Positions 1 through 12,839 of a stretch of 64,000 bases of DNA are shown one piece after another (the stretch's first letter is position 1; each line of letters opens with the position of its first letter). This stretch comes from Podarcis erhardii (Eukaryota): the NCBI GenBank assembly GCA_964252035.1, contig OZ176202.1; one strand, 5' to 3'. Both the position numbers and the translations under genes were made by a program. Below the pieces are notes generated by a model. The model ran no database searches. It was not told where the DNA came from and saw nothing but the letters and a program-made list of their open reading frames with translations.

Positions 1-567
1 AAAGGTGTCTCCATTAAATAGATTATGATCCTTATTAATCACACTTGTATCACTGGGTTTAAATAATTACAGGATATATCATCTTGCCTATAAAAGGACA
101 ATGTTCTATGCTATCAAGCACATTTTAATATTTCCAGTCCAAATTTATTTTTTTGACACTTGCAAGAGAGGCTGTCACAATTCTGACACTTGTTTAATTG
201 GCAGGAAGAACTGAATCCAATACATGGGATTCCCTGTGAAAAGACTGCTAGGAACCTAACTGGGTAGTGTTTGTTAAACTATTCGCCGGGTGTGCAGGTC
301 AGTTAATTTCATGTGTAGAAATTATAGGCTAGTATATTCAACTAGAAAACCCAAGGCTGGCTGGTTGTTTGTTTGTTTTGTCAGTCCGCAAGGGGACGAA
401 ATAACAGATTGCCTAAATAACAGATTGCCTAAGGTTCTATAGGTTGGTATTGTTTATTTAAAATATTTATATGCTGCTCTTTACCAGTTTTGATTTGACG
501 GTGGTTTGCAGAATTGAAGTTCACCTGGGAGGAATTCCCACTGAGTTCAGTATGCCTTACATGTGTA

Positions 568-809
568 CAGTGGTACCTCGGGTTGAGTACTTAATTCGTT
601 CCGGAGGTCCGTACTTAACCTGAAACTGTTCTTAACCTGAGGTACCACTTTAGCTAATGGGGCCTCCAACTGCTGCCGCGCCACTGGAGCACGATTTCTG
701 TTCTCATCCTGAAGCAAAGTTCTTAACCTGAGGTAATATTTCTAGGTTAGCGGAGTCTGTAACTTGAAGCGTATGCAACCTGAAGAGTATGTAACCCAAG
801 GTACCACTG
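568..809. mobile_element. Tc1/mariner (Tigger-like) MITE
   Basis: Terminal inverted repeats CAGTGGTACCTCGGGTT...AACCCAAGGTACCACTG flanked by TA (566-567, 810-811). Internal TAACCTGA sub-repeats. Same family as 62119-62343. Confidence 0.9.
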
Positions 810-3800
810 TAATTTTACACTGCTAGCCTTGAAAGCCCAATTCAGCTTTCCTGTCAAACATTTCTCTCTGATCATGAGGAAGAAACTGTAAAACTGAAGT
901 GAAGCTGGGACCTTATTTGTATATTTACTTTTCTTTAATGCAAGTGTAGACTGCCTCACACCAATAACAAGTATATGGTGGTCATCTATACACAATGTAT
1001 ACATCAGATATCTTGCAGTGAAATCTTGTGAGCTCTACCGATTTGTCTTGAGTATATGATCAACGTTTCCTATTCCTGATGCACATTGAGCTGTATTTAT
1101 GTTTTAGGCAATCTCAAACCAATTATTTTTTTTCTGCACTACTGTGCTACAGGGTTCTGAACTGATAGGGAGTAAATGGCTAAGTAAAATCCTTTGGTGC
1201 TAAACAAAACCGGTTGTCATTCAGTGGTTATAGTCCAGCAAAGGCTATTGCATAAACTTATTGTGAAAGCTCATTTTGTTATGACCATGAGGACTCGACA
1301 TTATTTTTATTTTTGAACAAAGTAGCATATTCATTTTATACTACTTATAATTATGAGACACCTATCAAAGCTATTAAATGAGGAAAAGTTAAATTGATTT
1401 TAACTTGTCAGATGATCTTCATGAAGCTTCCCAGCATATGTGAAGTTTGTGTTTTATGGAGGGGGCTGGAAATGCTATGAATGCTTTTAAAACTAAGTGT
1501 TTTCTGTTTGATAGACTAGGGAGTATGGTTAAGCACTGGTGCAAGAGGAGATAAGTTCACCCTTAAAGGGGCGTGGGTTCCTTTTCCTGAGTTGGTTAGT
1601 CTTAATTTTAAAGCATACTACGTTTTGGACTGGAGTTCAAGTACATTACAAAATCATGATTTCTGAAACTGGATCAACACAGCTCAGAGTACAGCAATCC
1701 AATTTGGTTTAGTGCAGAGAAAAGAAAATGATATGTGAGGCTGTGTGTGATAAAATGGCAATTTCTTTGAAACATTTAAAATAAAGCCATGAAATACAGT
1801 ATTCCAAAAGTACCTTTAAGGGAAAGCCAAGAATAAAGGCATTCAAAAATTACCAAATAAAAAACACACACTGCAGGATAGCTGGAGATGCTTCCTAACT
1901 ACCAGTGGTTGGATAGCTTGCTGGACAGCTGGAGTGATACTGAAACTTCTTTCCTGGAACTAGCCCTGCATACATGATGCCATGGTGTCAGGCCTGACCC
2001 AGGTCTTTGCGCTGCACCAGCAACCAGGCATAGTGAGCTGTCATTTCTTTTCCTGCTCCTCCATACCTTCTGCCCTGGGCAGTGTTGATTGTGGGGCTGT
2101 GAACATGGTGTTGGCTCCACCACTTTGTTAAACCCCACTACTGCCAATCAGAGGTATGGCTCGTGCAGCACAGAAGATTATTCTCGTGGGAAGCAAGCAG
2201 GGCAAAGTGAAGCTTTTTATATAAAACAGGGAAAGAAATAAAGCAAAGAAAAAGGGCATTCTGAGACAGAATGATGGGGAAGGGAGAAGGTTGCCAGGGA
2301 ATGTAATGGAGCTTGAATGACAAAGAAGATGAGAAATGTGTATTTCTATGACAAGAAGAAAATGCAAAGGGATGAGAAGTTGGAGATCATGTCTTATCTT
2401 GCTGCTTCCTCTCTCTGAAGAAGACTATGAGGTCAATGCTGGTAGCAGGAAAGACTGTCCAAGGAGCAAATTATTTCAAATCAAAGAAGGCAGCTGAGGG
2501 CTGGGAGTTGCATTACACTGCATACATTTTCTGCAAATAAATCCAAGCTTAATTTTCAGCAAGATACCCTTGGATGTTTATAAGAAGATATGAAAGCTCA
2601 TTTATGTTTCATGAAATTTATGCATATGGGGAAAAAAATCACATTTTTTTACATTATAATAAAATCAGGGGATTAGGAAATGCATGAGGGGAATGCATGG
2701 GGATGCATGATTATCAGGCTTTCCTAAATGTAAAACTTTTGCTATCTGTATTTCAGCAGTTGCATTTTTGGGAATAAAGTTAAAATCAGCTAAAATGTAG
2801 TATGTGTCACAGTAGCTCACTGATGAGCTCTCTGGTTCTCAAAAAAAAAAAAAAAGATATTTTACTTATATTCTTTGAGAACAATAGAGATAAGATACAA
2901 ACACTGAATCAGTACTGCCATCTGCTTCTTTAGCAGGATCTGTTGAGTTACTGGCAGTTTTCGTAAAGGACAATTTCATTATACCTATTCATGAAGACAG
3001 TCAACATGCAAATGGTGCCCCCCCCCTGAAAAACATCATTGTTATACATAAAAAAAATTATCAGATAGTTTGTGCTATGTGTTCTTTAGAAATATGTGTT
3101 CTCCAAGGCCTTTCTAATTGCACATCACAGATTTTTCAACTTGCTGTTCAGTCTTCTTTCAGCTTGTGAACATCAACTGATCAAGTATCAACACACACAC
3201 ACACACACATTCTGGAGAAATACGTTTCACTAAAATATTTTGGGTCAGAAAAATGAAATTCTCCTGTTCTGTTATACTGTGATACACACGTGGAGTTCTA
3301 GGATATTTAAGGGGAGATCCATAGGTGCTTTCCTTCTACCTGAAAGTGTCATTTCTTTGAAAGGGATCACTTCCATTGAAGAAAATGAGGGAATAATTAT
3401 AGGCACATAAACTGCATAGGAGCCACACATTTGAACTCCTGTGTCCAGAAGTGATTGCTGTTATTTTTGTTATCATTCACTGGTTGTATACAGTGGTGCC
3501 TTCGAGGTAACAGAGAGCATTTCCACTTGATTGCACAAGTCCAGACACCCAATTTTAACCAATCTCTGCTGCCTAATGAAGCCACTCATTCCATATACCA
3601 TTGTATTTCATAGAGTCTTCTAACCCTCAAGATCAGATTCCAGAAGGGACAGGGAACTTAAGTGGATGGTGGGGAATAAATGAAAATTGGGTAGCCCACC
3701 TCATGGAAGGAAATACTCTTATTTAGAAATAGCCCCCCCCCCTTTTTAAGATTCTAACTAAGCTTCGTAAAAATAAGCTTTGTTTCAAATATTTCCTTTA

Positions 3801-4319
3801 AAAATATTAAACTAAATCTAGGTTGCTGTTACTGTTTAGGTTATAAAAGCTGCAAGAATCAATAATATTTCGCAGCAATGGGCATTATTACAATTACTAG
3901 GCTGTTCCATTCCATTAGATTCAAGCAGTGTATTTCATTTAAAAATGTAAATAAAATTGATTTTTAAGCTTTACCTTTAGGCTTATTTTTAATTAACCGT
4001 ACTACCTGCTTAAAGGAGCTGTGGCTTGAATTGTGATCAATGGCAGCATGCTCGGTGTTTAATAAATACTTAGATGAATTTGTCTTCATTACCCTGTTGT
4101 GGAATTCTTTGAACACTAACACTAATTCTTTTAAACTGCTTACCCATTACATAAATGATCTGTCTAGATCTTCTGACCAAGAAAACATGGCTGACTGATC
4201 TTCTGGCTAAAACTTTATTTTAACCAGGGTCTTGAGTCTTCTCCCTATTTTCAAGAGATAAGAGTAAAAAAGGTGAGCAAACATGAATGAATTCAGTGTG
4301 TCAATACACTAAAGGATGC

Positions 4320-5271
4320 TGTGATATCCTGCCTCACAACAACATACACCACAGCTTGAAAGCAAGATACAGGCGCAAAATAAATGTTTTGATCCATAGA
4401 CATGCCCACAACCGTGGGTAGGTAATGCCACAAGGAGAAGGCAGGATAATTGTCCCAAAGGCTGAGGCAAAGCAAAGCAAGGGAGGATCAGTACCTTGGA
4501 GAGGGACATTAGTGACCCTGAAGCTGAAACAGAATGTACAAGCACTGTTGTGGAGCAACTGACAGGTTTTTATAGGCCAGGCTAAGTATTTGATAAAAGG
4601 GACGTGGGTGGTGCTGTGGGTTAAACCACAGAGCCTAGGGCTTGCCAATCAGAAGGTCGGCAGTTCAAATCCCCACAACGGGGTGAGCTCCCGTTTTTTG
4701 GTCCCTGCTCCTGCCAACCTAGCAGTTTGAAAGCACATTAAAGTGCAAGTAGATAAATAAGTACCACTTCGGTGGGAAGGTAAATGGTGTTTCTGTGTGC
4801 TGCTCTGGTTCGCCAGAAGTGGCTTAGTTATGCTGGCCACATGACCCAGAAGCGGTATGCCGGCTCCCTCGGCCAGTAAAGCGAGATGAGTGCTGCAACC
4901 CCAGAGTCGTCCGTGACTGGACCTAATGGTCAGGGGTCCCTTTACCTTAAGTATTTGATGGCTAGAAGCTTCACCCCATGTATATTGTATCTGGTCAGCT
5001 AAAGAGATAGTTTCACTGGCTATGTCTAGGCCCTGAGGTTTGAAGCTGTGCGGATTTCTTCTCAGTGGTCTCTTGAGCCTCCAGGGAATCTGTGAACCAA
5101 TCAGCAGAGCTTGGCTGCAGAGGAGGCTTTTTTGGATTCAGGGATGGAGATGCTGGCTCCAGTGACTGTGGCTCGACATGAGAGGGACAAGGCAGTACCT
5201 CAACCTCCTCCTTGGAACTGCCATCATTATGGAATTCTGTCTCTGGGGGTTTCTGGTCTGCAGTCATAACA
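4320..5271 (-). mobile_element. Putative solo-LTR-like element interrupted by a Sauria SINE
   Basis: Ends TGTGAT.../...ATAACA (5/6 inverted match, TG..CA). Minus-strand TATAAAA at 4568-4574. About 590 bp after removing the SINE and one TSD copy. No TSD found. Confidence 0.35.
4599..4947 (+). mobile_element. Sauria SINE (Squam1), full length
   Basis: tRNA-like head GGGACGTGGGTGGTGCTGTGGGTTAAACC, B-box-like GTTCAAATCC, tail GGTCAGGGGTCCCTTTACCT. 12-bp TSD TAAGTATTTGAT at 4583-4594 and 4948-4959. Confidence 0.95.
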
Positions 5272-6208
5272 AAAATGGCTCACAAAGTGAATGAGTGATA
5301 CTGCTTATGATTTCATAGCAACAAAGAATGCTGTAACGACTCAGATGTTAACAGGCTCGTTATTTCATGAGCTTTTGATGCAATAATCTACCCCACATAG
5401 CCAAATGCATAAGCTCCTAGAGAAGTTTTAGTTCAAATAATATTTTGGATAAATTGATTTTATGAAACTTATAGAACTAAATTAGATATGATGTGAAAGA
5501 GCCGTGATCTTGCTGTCTATCTGTCTGTGTCTCTGCTTTGGTTAAAAGCAGCTTGGGGAGGAGTGTGATTTGGATTGGGGCCGTGTTGCTGTGCCCAAGG
5601 GAGCTAATTATATGCTTTAACATGTAAATAGTCCCATGTTCAATCCCCGGTATCTCCAGCTAAATGACACAGTAAATAAATAATGCTTTAAAATTGCTGT
5701 AATTGGGTTACAGTTTTTTGTTGCTATATATTTTGTTGATTTATTATCCTTTCTATTTTGGAAGTTCAGAGGTGAGTGTGGATGTTTAAGTATGCCAAAG
5801 AGTCACTATCCATTCACAAAATGGAGGTATCAGCAGACTTTGGGGGAACCCTACAATCTGCAAACTGAACAGGAACATCCCATGCTGCAATATTTTGTTG
5901 CAAGCCCCAATTATGATTAGTGTTTTTAATTTACGTTTGCTGTAAGCTGCTCTGATATGGCTGAGGACCCCAGCATCTCTTGGTGCACCTCTGCAATATG
6001 AACTCACCTAGACAATTTGATCTTCATCTGAAGCCCTTTGTTGTAAGTAAGTAAGTAATAATAATAATAATAATAATTAATAGTCATGATCAGGCAACAT
6101 ATAAATATTTTGAAGAAATAAATAAGTGATGGAAGACCATATCTGGAAACCCCAGAAAGCCACTGACAAAGTAGACAATACTGAGCCAGATGGAGCAATA
6201 GTTTGATT

Positions 6209-6344
6209 CAAGGAGCTTGAAGTGGCCTACATAGCTCCCTCCTCCGTTTTATATTCACAACAACCCTGTGAGGTAGTTTGGGCTGAAAGGTCACCCAATG
6301 ATGTTCATGTTAGTGAGGATTTTAACCTAATCCAACATTATACC
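6209..6344 (-). mobile_element. Old Squam3/MIR-like SINE fragment
   Basis: TTCACAACAACCCTGTGAGGTAG core and GGTCACCCA motif, reverse of the core in the SINE at 51122. Confidence 0.6.
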
Positions 6345-6396
6345 CGCTTGCTCTTTGTAAGGTAGTATAAAGCTGATTCATAGGTCATATGCTCCC

Positions 6397-6438
<42 letters not shown>

Positions 6439-6614
6439 TTTTTAATATATATTCCCCAGCCACTCTGGGTGACTCCCAACAGAATATTAAAAATGCAACA
6501 AAACATCAAACATTGGAAACTTCCCTAAACAGGGCTGCCTTCAGATGTCTTCTAAAAGTCAGATAGTTGTTTATTTCCTTGACATCTGATGTGAGGGCGT
6601 TCCACAGGACGGGC
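6397..6614 (-). mobile_element. L2 LINE 3' end with (ATT)n tail
   Basis: (AAT)n at 6397-6438, then AAACAGGGCTGCCTTCAGATGTCTTCTAAAAGTC...GAGGGCGTTCCACAG, the reverse of the end of L2 ORF2 and its 3' UTR. Confidence 0.75.
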
Positions 6615-6934
6615 TGTTTCCCCATTGTTTCCCCAACTTAAATCCCTTTTCCATGAAGCTGTGGAAGTTGTACCAATAGCTAAGAACAGCTTTGGAATTG
6701 ATAATTATATTAGGGGTGAGGAAAAAGGGTTACTTCCCCGGTCCCTCTGGCACCATGATTTCAGTTGAAATCATGTCCCTAGGGCTATTTTTAACCAAAG
6801 AAAAAGGTGTTGGATCTCCCATAACATGTTCAGCTTGACTTTTCCTAATACTGTAATATATACCAACACACAAACACAATTTTGTTCCTTGTATCACTGT
6901 CATTTTAAGGCAAATCATATATAAGCAGTTGCCT

Positions 6935-7092
6935 TTTATCTAGCCATCTAAGCTGGTATTGTCTTCTCTAGCCAGCGGTTGCTCTCCAAGGTGCTGAGGT
7001 TCCTCCAAACCCTGCTTTCAGAGAGCCTTTAATGGGAGATGCTGGGGACTGGATGAGTGACCTTCCACATTCAAAGTATGTGGTCTACCATT
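6935..7092 (-). mobile_element. Degenerate tRNA-derived SINE with CR1-like tail
   Basis: CCATCTAAGCTGGTATTGTC tail and GAGATGCTGGGGA...GACCTTCCACATTCAAAG...TCTACCA reversed head. Related fragments near 5600-5670 and 6130-6210. Confidence 0.45.
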
Positions 7093-7959
7093 AAAACCAT
7101 TTTTTAAAAAATGCCGTATTTTTCTGCCGAGCCAGTAGAGAACTATTTTTTTCTTTATGCAGTTCTGTTAACTTTGCCTTTAAGTTGACTTGTCCTTATG
7201 GTCTGCAAACAAGCAAAGTTGGCTTTCATCCATAAATGAAATTTAAACTGGAATTAATATTTTAAAAGGAACTGGTTTGGAATTTAGCAAAGCTATTTAT
7301 GGAAGACAAAAGGGCTGGCTGGCTTCCAGCTCAGAATAAGCTCTTAGTGATTGAATGGAGAAGCCTCATAAGGAGTGTAACAAAGGCTGTTTGTTTTAAA
7401 CTACGTTGTTTTAACAGCATTTCACCATTTATCTTCTAGCCTTTCCAAAGGTAGATCCTTGAATGTGTGGTAGATGACTAAATCCACACTACCATCAGTT
7501 TGGAGAAAATATTGTTGCCTCTGCAAAGGTTCTTAGTGTCTTTATTACTCATTGCAGGCTGAGCCATAAGCAGGTTAGCAGGTCATTCCTTTTTTATTAT
7601 TTCAAGCTTATATGCCATGCTGTCTGACAAATAGATGGTGCTCAAAGCAGTGTACAGTCACATTAAAACAAATACAAACAATAAAGCACAACACAACACC
7701 ATTTTAAACCAGAAATTGCTTTTTAAAAAGGCAAGCCATGTCAGTAAAAAATTCAGCAGAAAGAAACCATCTCCAGCTACCATTAGCCTTCAAAAATACT
7801 TTCTGAAAAAGCCATGGCAAGACATTAGACAGTAATACTGGGTTCAAACAACATTATATTAAAGTATAAACTTAAGAAGACAAAGCTTACTTAATCCTTT
7901 AATCTTTTCTCTTGTCTGGCTGTAAATCTTAATTTTTATTTGAATTTACTTCCTCCGTT

Positions 7960-7962
<3 letters not shown>

Positions 7963-8006
<44 letters not shown>
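7963..8006. repeat. (AT)22 microsatellite
   Basis: Direct reading of the sequence. Confidence 0.97.
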
Positions 8007-8015
<9 letters not shown>

Positions 8016-11000
8016 TATATAGTAGAAGGGAAAGTTAAAATAGATGTACAATTTTCTCTCTGCCTGTCCATTTTCTTTTCTCGGTGTTTCTCATTATTCC
8101 CCCCCACACACACACACACTTGAGTTTTAGGTGGAAGTTATACAAAATCAAAGTTTACGTTGAGTTAACTTTGCTGAGAGAATCTATGTATAAAAACTGT
8201 ATATGCCAACTTCACATACAATGAATTAAAAAGAAAATACAGGAATATAAGTGGCACTATGTAGCTCAAGAGTCAAAGGAGAAGTCACCGTAGAGTAGGT
8301 GTGACTTCATGCCTTTACATGAAGCAGTGCCTCTCCCAGTGGTCTGAGGGAGTAGAATGTATGCATGGGAGGAGGCCCTCTAAGCACCAGTCGATGTACA
8401 TAAATATTTGGAACTGAGCTCAGTACTGAAAAAACCAAATCAGTATAGTAGAACCAGTATAGTTGTCACGTTTGACCTGGGGTTTGTCTCTGCAAAGGGT
8501 TGAGCTGTGTGTGCATTAGCTGAGGTTTGCAAACTATTTCCAAAGACATTCCCATATAGCTGACACGACAGTAGCTGATTTGAAGGCGAAAGCATGGATG
8601 ACTGAGCCCCAAAAGTAACATCTAACCCCTGGCCATTTCTGCCACCTCATCATCCAGAGGCATGGGGGTTTGAGGAGTGGCCCCAAGCTACAAACCTTGT
8701 GCCTAAGAGGGAATATAATCCTACCCAAAATAGGTAAAAACAAACAACCTTCTAGCTCTAGGTTGGCCCACCACCATAACTTCTGACTTGTCTGGGTGAT
8801 ATTTTGATTTGTTAATACTCATCCAGCCTGTAACCATAACCCAAAAAAATGCCACAATTCCTGGATTTGAAGAAAATGAAAATTAGAGGTTAGTGCCATC
8901 AGCAGATGGGTGACATCACTCCAGATTCATAAGTGATCTCTTCCAGTGGTTACAAATACATCAGGGGTGGCCCCAGGGCCCTGTGGAGGCCCCTAGGCAG
9001 TCTAAACGTCCCCCTGCCTACACTGAACTAAGAAAGCTTGATGGTAATTTTCTTTCAAGATCAAATCAATATTATTTTGATCCGTTGTCATGGGGCCCTA
9101 TTTAGTAATATGGCCCTCAGGGTGGCTTGCATTTTTTGGGGGGGGGAACCTGGGCCATATTGACTTATTTTGGGGCCAAGGGTCAAATTAGTCATGCCCA
9201 AAATGTAGAAGTGGGTATAGGCAATTATTTCTTTCTTTTTTAAAGTATACACATGGGGGAGGGGGTATTTAAAAAATGGCAGCAGAGAATCATGGCAGGT
9301 GACCTGGGAGTGGGGCAATTATTCATTCAATTTGTGTCTGCCTTTCTTTCGAGGGAGCCTACTGGTGGCAGACAGCAAAAAACAAAACTATTTGAATTGC
9401 AGGAAGTGTGTTCAGAAATAAACTGAGTTTGTTGAAAACTAATAGACCAACTTATAGGAGATATACCCCATTTAAAACTACTTCTGCTTGCTCCCTTTAA
9501 GATGTGTGGAAGTGCCACACATTTAACTCACCGGTTCATTTTTTTAAAAAAATCAACGAAGAGTAAAACTGTTACTTAAGCATGCTCTCATTTACTTTGG
9601 TGCAAGCTTATCTAGGTTGCAAATGAGTGATAGTTTCACTGTGTGACTTAAAAACTGTTTAACTGATACCCCCAGGATATTTTATTCATTATGATATTAA
9701 TAAAACTCACAGAAAAGATTTGCCAGTATAATGTGTATAAGGTTTTCTCTTCCCCTGGAGTTTTTCTCTACAGAGAAATTAGGTTTCTGATGGGCCATGA
9801 TATGATTCATTAATCCAATAATTTTTTGCTTTTGCTTGAAAAGTTGCTAATGTAAAGGGCATAATTTTATTTAACCAGTAAGCTTCTACCATTGTGTTAC
9901 AGCAGTGTAATTGATGCAAATATTAATTAAAAAGCTGCTTCTTAAGCCAGGTATTGTTAATCAGATGCAAACTCTGCTGGACAAAAAATATTGTAGTTGA
10001 GGATTTATAAATGGGGTTTTTTAACCAATTAAAATGTAACAAAAGCCCTAATATATTTCACATATAGCTCACTGATAAAGTTCATTTGTTGGATATACTA
10101 ATTATATGTGAAATATTTCAGCTTCCTTATACTGTATGTCTCATTCACAGTGTTTTATTGCTATGAAGTTTGTAAGGAAGACACTGCAGTTTATTAGGGC
10201 TTGTGTCCTTGGTCAGGATTGTGGTTGTTGCTTTTTTAATCTGGTGTTGTTTTGAACTACCAGCATTGGGGTACTGTAGTTTTTAATCCTGAGCTTTTCT
10301 GAATCAAATTCAGGGATTTGAGGTTTTGAAGATGGAAGATGTTATTCAAAGGCCTCACATTTTCAGAGAAATAGTCATGCATTACTTTCAAAACATTTCT
10401 CCAGTTATTTCATTGTCCTACCATATGTACCCAATTCACTGCCTAGGCAAAGTCCCACCATCTCATCAGATAAAATATAGGCCTTCAACCAGTGGGCCAG
10501 GACCCACAGGTAGGTTGTAAGGTCTGTAGCTAAGGCTAATCAGACCAAAGGAGCATTATATGTCTTGTCTGCCCACATTCTTCTGGTGAGACACTCCTTT
10601 TATCAATTTCCATGAGTACTGCAGTGTGGCAGGAGAAAAGCACAAGCCTTCTTCAATAAGATATATATTTCTGATATCTCATATGCCCCACTTTCCAAAA
10701 GCTATGTCTGTAGTGAGGCAGCTCTCTATGGAGCAGGGGCATTCTGTTCGCTTTCTAGTCTATTTCAACACCTTCCTAGACTTCTTCCAAAATGGTATTT
10801 TTGGAGGACTAGCTTGGTTGCCATCATGGGCACAGGAAGTCATATCAGGAGTCTGGTGACTGCAGGAGATGAGAATGACTGGAGGGAGCAGGAATGCCAA
10901 ATTATCTTCATCCCACTCCTTGCAGCTTGAAATAGGGCTGTATCAGGGGAATGGTTCATTGCTGCACAGAGCACAGAATCCATTTACGGGTCGATATGTG

Positions 11001-12447
11001 AAATTGGGTCCCATGTTGCAAATTGGGAGTCGGGATGTGAGTCTTGGGCTTGGACCAGTTGAAATAAAACATATTTTATTCCCAAACTCCAAGGACAAAT
11101 TTCCCTTTTGTCCTTGGGACTAGCTATGCAAGCATGTGTCTATCTGGGCCACCGTTTCTAAGCGCACTTGTGTCCTTACAACAGAAGCAATGCAGCACCC
11201 ATACCTCAATATCTCTTTCAGGTAGGAAACTTCATTAGTAAAGTGGTAGCAAGGTCATTCCAAGATGTAATGCTGTCAGTCATTAGAGGATAACATCATT
11301 TCAAAATGTGAACAGAGACATCTACTGTATATTTCAGAGATGGACACTGCATAGGCAACAAAAATGTAATAATGGTTAACATTTTGCAGGATTAGAAGCA
11401 GGGCACATTTTCATTAAGCTTTTTCCAGAAGACTATCATAGTTAGCCTGTTTTTTAAAAAAGGAAGACCCTCCAGCAACTTAAAGATGTAACACATTTGT
11501 TTCAGCATGAGGTTTTGTAGGCAAGAACCCTCTTTCACCTGTTGCATGATGTTTTTTATGTTTTCTATTTTCTATAGTTTTGGAAGTCAAAACCCTTAAG
11601 AAGGGTTTGTGATGTTGATGATGACTTCTGTAGGTACTTGAAGCTGTAGTTGTCTGGTATAAGTCGGCCTATCATTGACTGAGTTGCTTAAAGAGCTATG
11701 GTTTCACTTCAGATTAAGCCAGATTCAGTGTAACCTGTGGTCCATTGCCAACCTTATAAGCACATAAACTAAAGTATTTGCTAACAAGCCTGAATTAGTA
11801 GTTTCACACTATGAAATAATTAGTTGTCAATGAAGCCAGTATCTCTAAGAAGATTTTACGTCCTTTAGAAGAAAGTAGAATGGTATCCCATTCCCACCCA
11901 CACTTCAAGCACTCACTATGTTGTAATGGTTTGTTTGCAGGCAATAGCCAGGAAGAAAGTATCAACAATTGCTAACCAAACCCGACCATGCTTCACTTCC
12001 AAGATCAAACTGGGTGTGTTCAAGGAGCCATGGCCACGGCTGAATGTCAGATATCTTCTAATTGGGGGAGGGGAATATTAATCATCCAGATCTTGGCACA
12101 AAATGTTGACTAGCAAAACAAAATGACAAACCAAATCGTGGCATTGTCATGTACAGAGAAGGAAGCTACTTGCAGGTGAATTTTATTTACAGAATAAGCG
12201 ACTATCTTGTGGAATTCTGTCAGTGATTTATTGTTGCCAAGGTGATAACAGAGCTATTCAGCCTGTCTGCACTCCTTCATAAAGGACCAAATTTAGGGAT
12301 GATGATTAATTTACATGTGCATATATGAGTGGAGCAGGTTTTACCAATTCCATTCCAGTCAATTTACCTCGTGTCATTTACAAACAAGACCATGATACAC
12401 TCTAGAATGGGTGACCTGTGCATGGATAAAGGGTTACTTTCATTGAA

Positions 12448-12839
12448 GGGGAGCAGGTGGCGCTGTGGTCTAAACCACTGAGCCTCTTGGGCTTTCCGAT
12501 CGGAAGGTCAGCAGTTCGAATCCGTGCAATGGGATGAGCTCCCGTTGCTCTGTTCCAGCTTCTGACAACCTAGCAGTTCGAAAGCACGCCAGTGCAAGCA
12601 GATAAATAGGTACCACTGTGACAGGAAGGTAAGCGGCGTTTTCGTGCACTTGGCTTCTGTCACGGTGTTCCATTGTGCCAGAAGTGGTTTAGTCATGCTG
12701 GCCACATGACCTGGAAAGCTGTCTGCAAACAAACGCTGGCTCCCTCAGCCTGAAGCAAGATGAGCGCTGCACCCCACAATCGCCCTTGACTGGACTTAAC
12801 CGTCCAGGGGTCCTTTACCTTTTACCTTTTACCTTTACC
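12448..12839 (+). mobile_element. Sauria SINE, second subfamily
   Basis: Head GGGGAGCAGGTGGCGCTGTGGTCTAAACCACTGAGCC and tail CTGGACTTAACCGTCCAGGGGTCC(TTTACC)n differ from the other four copies. 10-bp TSD TACTTTCATT at 12435-12444 and 12840-12849. Confidence 0.95.

Noticed and set aside
1899-2367. GC-richer segment with four overlapping short ORFs
   Set aside because: No motif, splice structure or element termini that I can support; possibly an old repeat.
11941-12110. 55-codon open frame after a TTTGCAG acceptor
   Set aside because: Expected by chance; no donor or recognisable peptide.
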